64,000 nucleotides of DNA from Klebsiella phage K64-1. A model generated the notes under the pieces. The model worked only from the letters and a program-made list of their open reading frames with translations, did no database searches and was not told where the DNA came from. This document shows, one piece after another, positions 59,378 to 64,000 of the stretch. Location of the stretch: sequence record AB897757.1; one strand, given 5' to 3'. Position numbers and translations under genes: made by a program. How positions within the stretch are numbered: the first letter of the stretch is position 1; every line of letters starts with the position of its first letter.

Positions 59378-61681
59378 ATGTCATTAATTCAACTTTCACC
59401 AAGTAATGGTGATTTATTATTAATAAATTCCGGCTCATTTAGTACTGGTAAAGTTATAAGAACTAGAAATGAACTTGTTTTTTATACTGATCAATATGGT
59501 AACAGCACTGGATATCGCTGGTTAGGTAATTTACCTCACGTGATTAATGGTAATTCACCACAAACTGATGGTGGTATTTCAAGTACATCATGGGAATCTT
59601 ATATTACTTCAAATTTATATGATAAATTAAAATCAGAAAATATAACTCTATCAGGTACCGCCCATTTACCTACTGTTGAAGTTGCTTATGGACTGAAAAA
59701 AGGATCATTAAAAGTTTGGTCTGCTGGATTAGTCAGTTCATCATCACAGTACTGGTTATATACCGATGGGACTGTATGGAGTGGTGTTGGTGTGTTAGGA
59801 ACTGAACCAGATGTTCCATTCACACAAATACATCTACAACGAGATATTATAAAATATAATTATATTGTTCAAACAGATGGTGAAACACTAATTAATATAC
59901 CATATGATTTTACATCTATCGATGTTTTTATTAATGGTGTATTACAAAATTCGAATTCAGGTTCTTATAAAATTATTCAAAGTACAATTCAGTTTAGCGA
60001 CGTATTGAATAAAGGTGATAATATTCAATTCTATCTTTCTAATGTTCCAATTTCGAGTGTTCGCTTTGCTTTATCTAGTGATTTAACTAATTATGTTTTA
60101 AAATCAGACCTTTCTAATACATCAGGTGCGAATAACGTTGGGTTTTATCCAGGCGGGACTGTTCAAGATGCAATCGTATATACTACACCTGAAATGTTTG
60201 GTGCAATTGGAGATGGTATTACAGATGATACTAATGCATTACAAAATGCAATTAATTTTTCAAAAAATAAAACATTACTTTTTAGTAATGGTAAAAAATA
60301 TAGAACAAAAAATTTAATAGTACCACATCCAATGACATTTAAAGGTTTAGGTAGAAGACAAGATGGTGCTATTATTCCATACGGAAATGTTTCATCTGAA
60401 TCATTCATTCATACTGGAACATTAATATTATTAACTACTTCTAGTACAGTAACATTCTATGATCTTACAGTTGATGCAAGAGGAATAACTCTATCATTCG
60501 TTGATGGACAAAGATTAACTGGAGTTGGTGCAGCAGACAATAACAGTGGTGTATATCAATCTGGTCTTCAAATGTATAATTGTAATGTTTCTGGATTTAG
60601 TGGGAATAATTTATACGGCGGCGGGTCAAAATCATTTGGTATCCTAAAAGATTGCCAATTTGAAAGTTCGGGTAAATCATGTGTTAGAATAGATGGTGTA
60701 GATTGGAGAATTTCACATTGTGCAATTGGTAGATCATTAGAATCTTATGGTATTGAAATTCTAAATGAGAATAACTTTGTTTCTAATTGTGATTCTTATT
60801 TCAATAAACTTTCTGGTATTTTTTATCAACAACCAACTGGAATGGCTTTTATTAAATTAATAGGGAACACTATTAACAGTAATGGTCAACATGGTATTTC
60901 TTGTTCATTACCATATGCCCAGCCAGCAGGTACCGTAATTACGAACAATATTTTTTGGAATAATAGTACAGAATTGACAGGAACTTATCATAATATTGAT
61001 TTAAATTATGGTCGAGGACATATAGTTGAAAATAATGTTCATAAAGCATATCAAGCCACTGCTGGTTCTGATTCTGCGAGATGTGGTTACTGCATAAATT
61101 TGAGAAACGGGGCAACACTATCTGGATTCATTAATGATGCAATAGATCCATTATACTCATATGTTATCGATAAGATAAATGTAAATTCCCAAAATTTTGC
61201 TAACCAAAATGAAATATCAATTGGTACAGGTTTATCATTAACAAAAACCGTATCTTCAGATACATCAATAGGAATAAAACTTAATATAAATTCAGAAAGC
61301 TATGATAGAGTTCAAATAAATCCTGGTAAAATTTTATTAGGAAATGGTTCAGCAGAACCAACACATGGTATACAACAATTAGCAGCGTATCCTGGAATAA
61401 CAATGGGAGTACTAGGATTAGGTGTTGTTGGAAATTATTCTTCATCAGTTTTTCGTATAGGGACACATCGTATATGGTCTGGTGGCGATAACACACTGAG
61501 AACCAAATATGGGGCAGATCCTACATCAGCAACAGATGGAAATATATTATCAGTAAAAGTGTCAGTCCCATCTACCGCTACAAGTACTGGTATAGTTGGA
61601 CAATGGGCAGCCGATGATACATATTTATATATATGTACAGCAGCTAACACATGGAAGAGGGTATCTATAAATACTTGGTAA
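59378..61681 (+). CDS. tailspike protein, anchor family B, pectate-lyase-fold depolymerase-like
   Basis: family-B N-terminus; HLPTVEVAYGL module; FINGVLQ module; MFGAIGDGITDDTNALQNAIN pectate-lyase-3-type motif; beta-helix repeats. Confidence 0.75.
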   Translation: MSLIQLSPSNGDLLLINSGSFSTGKVIRTRNELVFYTDQYGNSTGYRWLGNLPHVINGNSPQTDGGISSTSWESYITSNLYDKLKSENITLSGTAHLPTVEVAYGLKKGSLKVWSAGLVSSSSQYWLYTDGTVWSGVGVLGTEPDVPFTQIHLQRDIIKYNYIVQTDGETLINIPYDFTSIDVFINGVLQNSNSGSYKIIQSTIQFSDVLNKGDNIQFYLSNVPISSVRFALSSDLTNYVLKSDLSNTSGANNVGFYPGGTVQDAIVYTTPEMFGAIGDGITDDTNALQNAINFSKNKTLLFSNGKKYRTKNLIVPHPMTFKGLGRRQDGAIIPYGNVSSESFIHTGTLILLTTSSTVTFYDLTVDARGITLSFVDGQRLTGVGAADNNSGVYQSGLQMYNCNVSGFSGNNLYGGGSKSFGILKDCQFESSGKSCVRIDGVDWRISHCAIGRSLESYGIEILNENNFVSNCDSYFNKLSGIFYQQPTGMAFIKLIGNTINSNGQHGISCSLPYAQPAGTVITNNIFWNNSTELTGTYHNIDLNYGRGHIVENNVHKAYQATAGSDSARCGYCINLRNGATLSGFINDAIDPLYSYVIDKINVNSQNFANQNEISIGTGLSLTKTVSSDTSIGIKLNINSESYDRVQINPGKILLGNGSAEPTHGIQQLAAYPGITMGVLGLGVVGNYSSSVFRIGTHRIWSGGDNTLRTKYGADPTSATDGNILSVKVSVPSTATSTGIVGQWAADDTYLYICTAANTWKRVSINTW

Positions 61682-61709
61682 TTAATAAAATAAATAGGAT
61701 TTATCAATT

Positions 61710-63869
61710 ATGTCATTAACTAATTTAAACTCAACAAACTCAAAAAGTATGTTGATTAATTCAGGAACATTTAGAAGTGGGGTGTATATAACCTCACCTA
61801 ATCAATTTCTATCATATACTGATAATAATGGAATGAATGCTGCATATTATTATACTGGTGTTTTGCCATATACAACTTCATCAAATACCCCAACATCAGA
61901 TAGTCCATTATGGAAAATATTATACATCGCCGATAAGTTTTCTTATCTTAAAACCGATATTGTACCAATTACAAGTGGTGGTACTGGTGCAAACACTGCA
62001 CAAAATGCAAGAACTAATTTAGGATTAGGAACTGCAAATACTCCTACATTTTCAAATATTGAATTAAGTTCTTTAACACCATATATAGATTTTCATTTTA
62101 ATAACAGTTCATCTGATTATACTACTAGGTTAATAGAGAATTCAAGCGGTGAATTAACATTAGTTGGTTCATTAAGATTGAATAACAATTTGGTGGTTAC
62201 AGGAAACACCACACTAGTAAATGCATTACCTATAGCAAGTGGTGGTACTGGTTCTAATACAGTTGCTGCCGCCAATACTGCATTTGGATTAGGAACAGGA
62301 GACAGTCCAACATTCCAAGGATTAAATATTCAATACGTTGGAAATGAACCAAGAATAAATTTGAATAATTCAGTGTTTAGATCTAATGCAGGTAATGCAC
62401 TGGTTATAAGTGCTTTACAAGGAATTTATTTAAGGCCAGCAGGTGATAATGTATCAACACCACAAATTTTATATTCAACGGCTGGTACATTGACAATGAC
62501 TGGTACTAATGTAAGTATAAGTGGTAGTTTGACACTTGGTACTGCATTGTCTATATCAAGTGGTGGTACCGGAGCAATCGATGCACCAACAGCAAGAACT
62601 AATTTAGGATTAGGAACATCAGCTACTGTAAATACTGGAACATCTGGTGCAACGATACCTTTATTAAATGCGGCAAATACATGGTCATCTACACAAACAA
62701 TACAGGGAAATCTTGCAGTAGGTACTGTTGGTACTACTTCTACTATTACCCTTGGAGGTTCTTCATTTGCACGAGATAATGGTTCAAAAGCATTAATAAT
62801 CACTTCATCCTCGGCGTCAGATGCATCACCTGCCGGAATTTATTTAAGACCAATGGGCGATACTGTAAGTACTGTACAAATTTATGGTAATTCAACTGGA
62901 TGGTCTATTAATGGAAATACGTTAGTTTCTGGTACTTTGTCCAACACCGGTGCTGCTAGTTTTCTTAATAATGTGTATACTGTGGATAGTACTGGATTTT
63001 ATTCATCTACTACAGGTAAAGTACTAGGTTCATCAACTAACCCTTGGTCAACAAATTATAGTAATTCAGTTACATCAGGTACTTCAACTGCATTATCATT
63101 AAATGGTACATCAAATAGTATAAATTTACAAATTGGAGGCACAACATTAATTCAACTTGGAACATCTGGATTTGTATCAAACAACAATGTAAGTTATCGT
63201 TCTAAAAATACTACTGGAACATCATTGGATATTTGTAAAATTGATACTAGTAATATTACACAAATTGGTAATATTACTATACCAACTAACATAAATTCTT
63301 CAGTACATCCAACAGTAAACGTGGCTGGTACTTCTTATACACTTTATAGTACTGGAAACAAACCTACGGTAAGTGCATTTAGAGCAAGTTATTTAACCAC
63401 CGCTGGTTCTGATTCTAAACAAACATTAACTGCATCTAATACACCACAGACTTTATTGGTCAATACCATAACTGCTGCATCGAGTATCATAACTGCTAAC
63501 ACCAGTACTGGAACATTCTTATCAAATGTCACACAAGGAATGATGTTATGTATAAGTGCTCAAATCATTAGAGAAGTAACTGGTGGTGGTGATGTTTATT
63601 GGATGATGTTTTTGGAAACAAGTCCTGATGGAACGACATGGACACCAGTTACAGGTTCAAATAGAATAGTTACATTAAGTTCTAGTACTACAAATGAAAT
63701 GAAACAAGTAGATTTTTCAGTAGCAATACAATCTACAGCGGGAACATATCTTAGAATTCGACATGCATGTACAGATAGTACTAAAACCGTTTCTGTAATT
63801 TCTAAAGATTCGTTATTTGCAGGTGTTCCAATTTCATCTGGTTTGATAGTAAGTTTCTTAACTATATAA
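61710..63869 (+). CDS. tail fibre protein, anchor family B, with phage tail-fibre repeats (SGGTGA..A..AR.NLGLG)
   Basis: three copies of the [PS]I[AST]SGGTG[AS] ... NLGLGT repeat typical of distal tail fibres; family-B N-terminus. Confidence 0.75.
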   Translation: MSLTNLNSTNSKSMLINSGTFRSGVYITSPNQFLSYTDNNGMNAAYYYTGVLPYTTSSNTPTSDSPLWKILYIADKFSYLKTDIVPITSGGTGANTAQNARTNLGLGTANTPTFSNIELSSLTPYIDFHFNNSSSDYTTRLIENSSGELTLVGSLRLNNNLVVTGNTTLVNALPIASGGTGSNTVAAANTAFGLGTGDSPTFQGLNIQYVGNEPRINLNNSVFRSNAGNALVISALQGIYLRPAGDNVSTPQILYSTAGTLTMTGTNVSISGSLTLGTALSISSGGTGAIDAPTARTNLGLGTSATVNTGTSGATIPLLNAANTWSSTQTIQGNLAVGTVGTTSTITLGGSSFARDNGSKALIITSSSASDASPAGIYLRPMGDTVSTVQIYGNSTGWSINGNTLVSGTLSNTGAASFLNNVYTVDSTGFYSSTTGKVLGSSTNPWSTNYSNSVTSGTSTALSLNGTSNSINLQIGGTTLIQLGTSGFVSNNNVSYRSKNTTGTSLDICKIDTSNITQIGNITIPTNINSSVHPTVNVAGTSYTLYSTGNKPTVSAFRASYLTTAGSDSKQTLTASNTPQTLLVNTITAASSIITANTSTGTFLSNVTQGMMLCISAQIIREVTGGGDVYWMMFLETSPDGTTWTPVTGSNRIVTLSSSTTNEMKQVDFSVAIQSTAGTYLRIRHACTDSTKTVSVISKDSLFAGVPISSGLIVSFLTI

Positions 63870-63872
63870 TAA

Positions 63873-63905
63873 TAAAAAAAAGCCGCAATTTATGTTGCGG
63901 CTTTT
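63873..63905 (+). terminator. intrinsic terminator (agccgcaa/ttgcggct plus T7)
   Basis: 8-bp stem, 6-nt loop, T-run. Confidence 0.65.
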
Positions 63906-63956
63906 TTTACATTATGATATTATTACATCATTCTAAATCCATTTAAAAATCTTTTA

Positions 63957-63985
63957 TTGACAAAGGATCTATTTTAAGTTAAAAT
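63957..63985 (+). promoter_or_regulatory. sigma70-like promoter TTGACA-17-TAAAAT
   Basis: ttgaca 63957-63962, taaaat 63980-63985. Confidence 0.4.
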
Positions 63986-64000
63986 GCAAAAATAACTATC

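Noticed and set aside
38991-63869. Repeats in the tailspike block as a CRISPR-like array
   Set aside because: The repeats are at protein-module level inside long ORFs, and at promoter/terminator cassettes. There is no regular direct-repeat/spacer periodicity.
1-64000. Lysogeny or mobile-element functions (integrase, transposase, att sites, IS)
   Set aside because: No tyrosine/serine recombinase or transposase motifs recognised in any ORF. The gene content is that of a strictly lytic T4-like phage.

Overview
This window reads as a dense, AT-rich (roughly one-third GC by eye) genomic segment of a lytic T4-like myovirus. No integrase, repressor, rRNA, tRNA, CRISPR array or IS element is visible.

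Positions 1-38962 are an almost uninterrupted plus-strand block of early and auxiliary genes.
- Many genes have overlapping stop/start junctions of the ATGA/TAATG type.
- Sigma70-like TTGACA-17-TATAAT promoters and stem-loop/T-run terminators recur through the block.
- Genes I recognise from their motifs are:
  - T4 RnlA-like RNA ligase 1 and T4 PseT-like polynucleotide kinase/3'-phosphatase;
  - ATP-dependent DNA ligase and dCMP deaminase;
  - a Ser/Thr metallophosphatase and a ClpP-family protease;
  - an NAD+ salvage pair, NadV (Nampt) plus a bifunctional NMNAT-Nudix (NatV), followed by a Sir2-like protein and a separate Nudix hydrolase;
  - a PIN-PhoH ATPase;
  - an anaerobic RNR module: NrdD, a GrcA/YfiD-like glycyl-radical spare-part protein, a DUF4326-like protein and NrdG.

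Positions 38991-63869 are a late-gene cassette of ten large tail-fibre/tailspike genes, seven on the minus strand and three on the plus strand.
- Each carries beta-helix (pectate-lyase-like) signatures.
- They fall into two different conserved N-terminal anchor families and share internal modules.
- The minus-strand genes sit behind T4-type TATAAATA late promoters, the plus-strand genes behind related CTAAATAC elements; the genes are separated by GC-rich hairpin terminators.
- This resembles the multi-depolymerase arsenals of jumbo T4-related phages such as the RaK2/K64-1 group. That assignment is an inference, not a search result.

The most unusual signal is at the DNA level. The hexamer AGTACT is enriched roughly tenfold, by a partial hand count of about 3-4 copies per kb across positions 1-7700. 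It is usually embedded in the perfect 12-bp palindrome TTCAGTACTGAA, which I found as an exact copy at seven sites by eye. The motif occurs in coding frames (read as F-S-T-E or S-V-L-K), in intergenic DNA and inside terminator hairpins.

I also see an apparent frameshift at the 5' end of one tailspike gene, and a compositionally atypical small basic protein gene.
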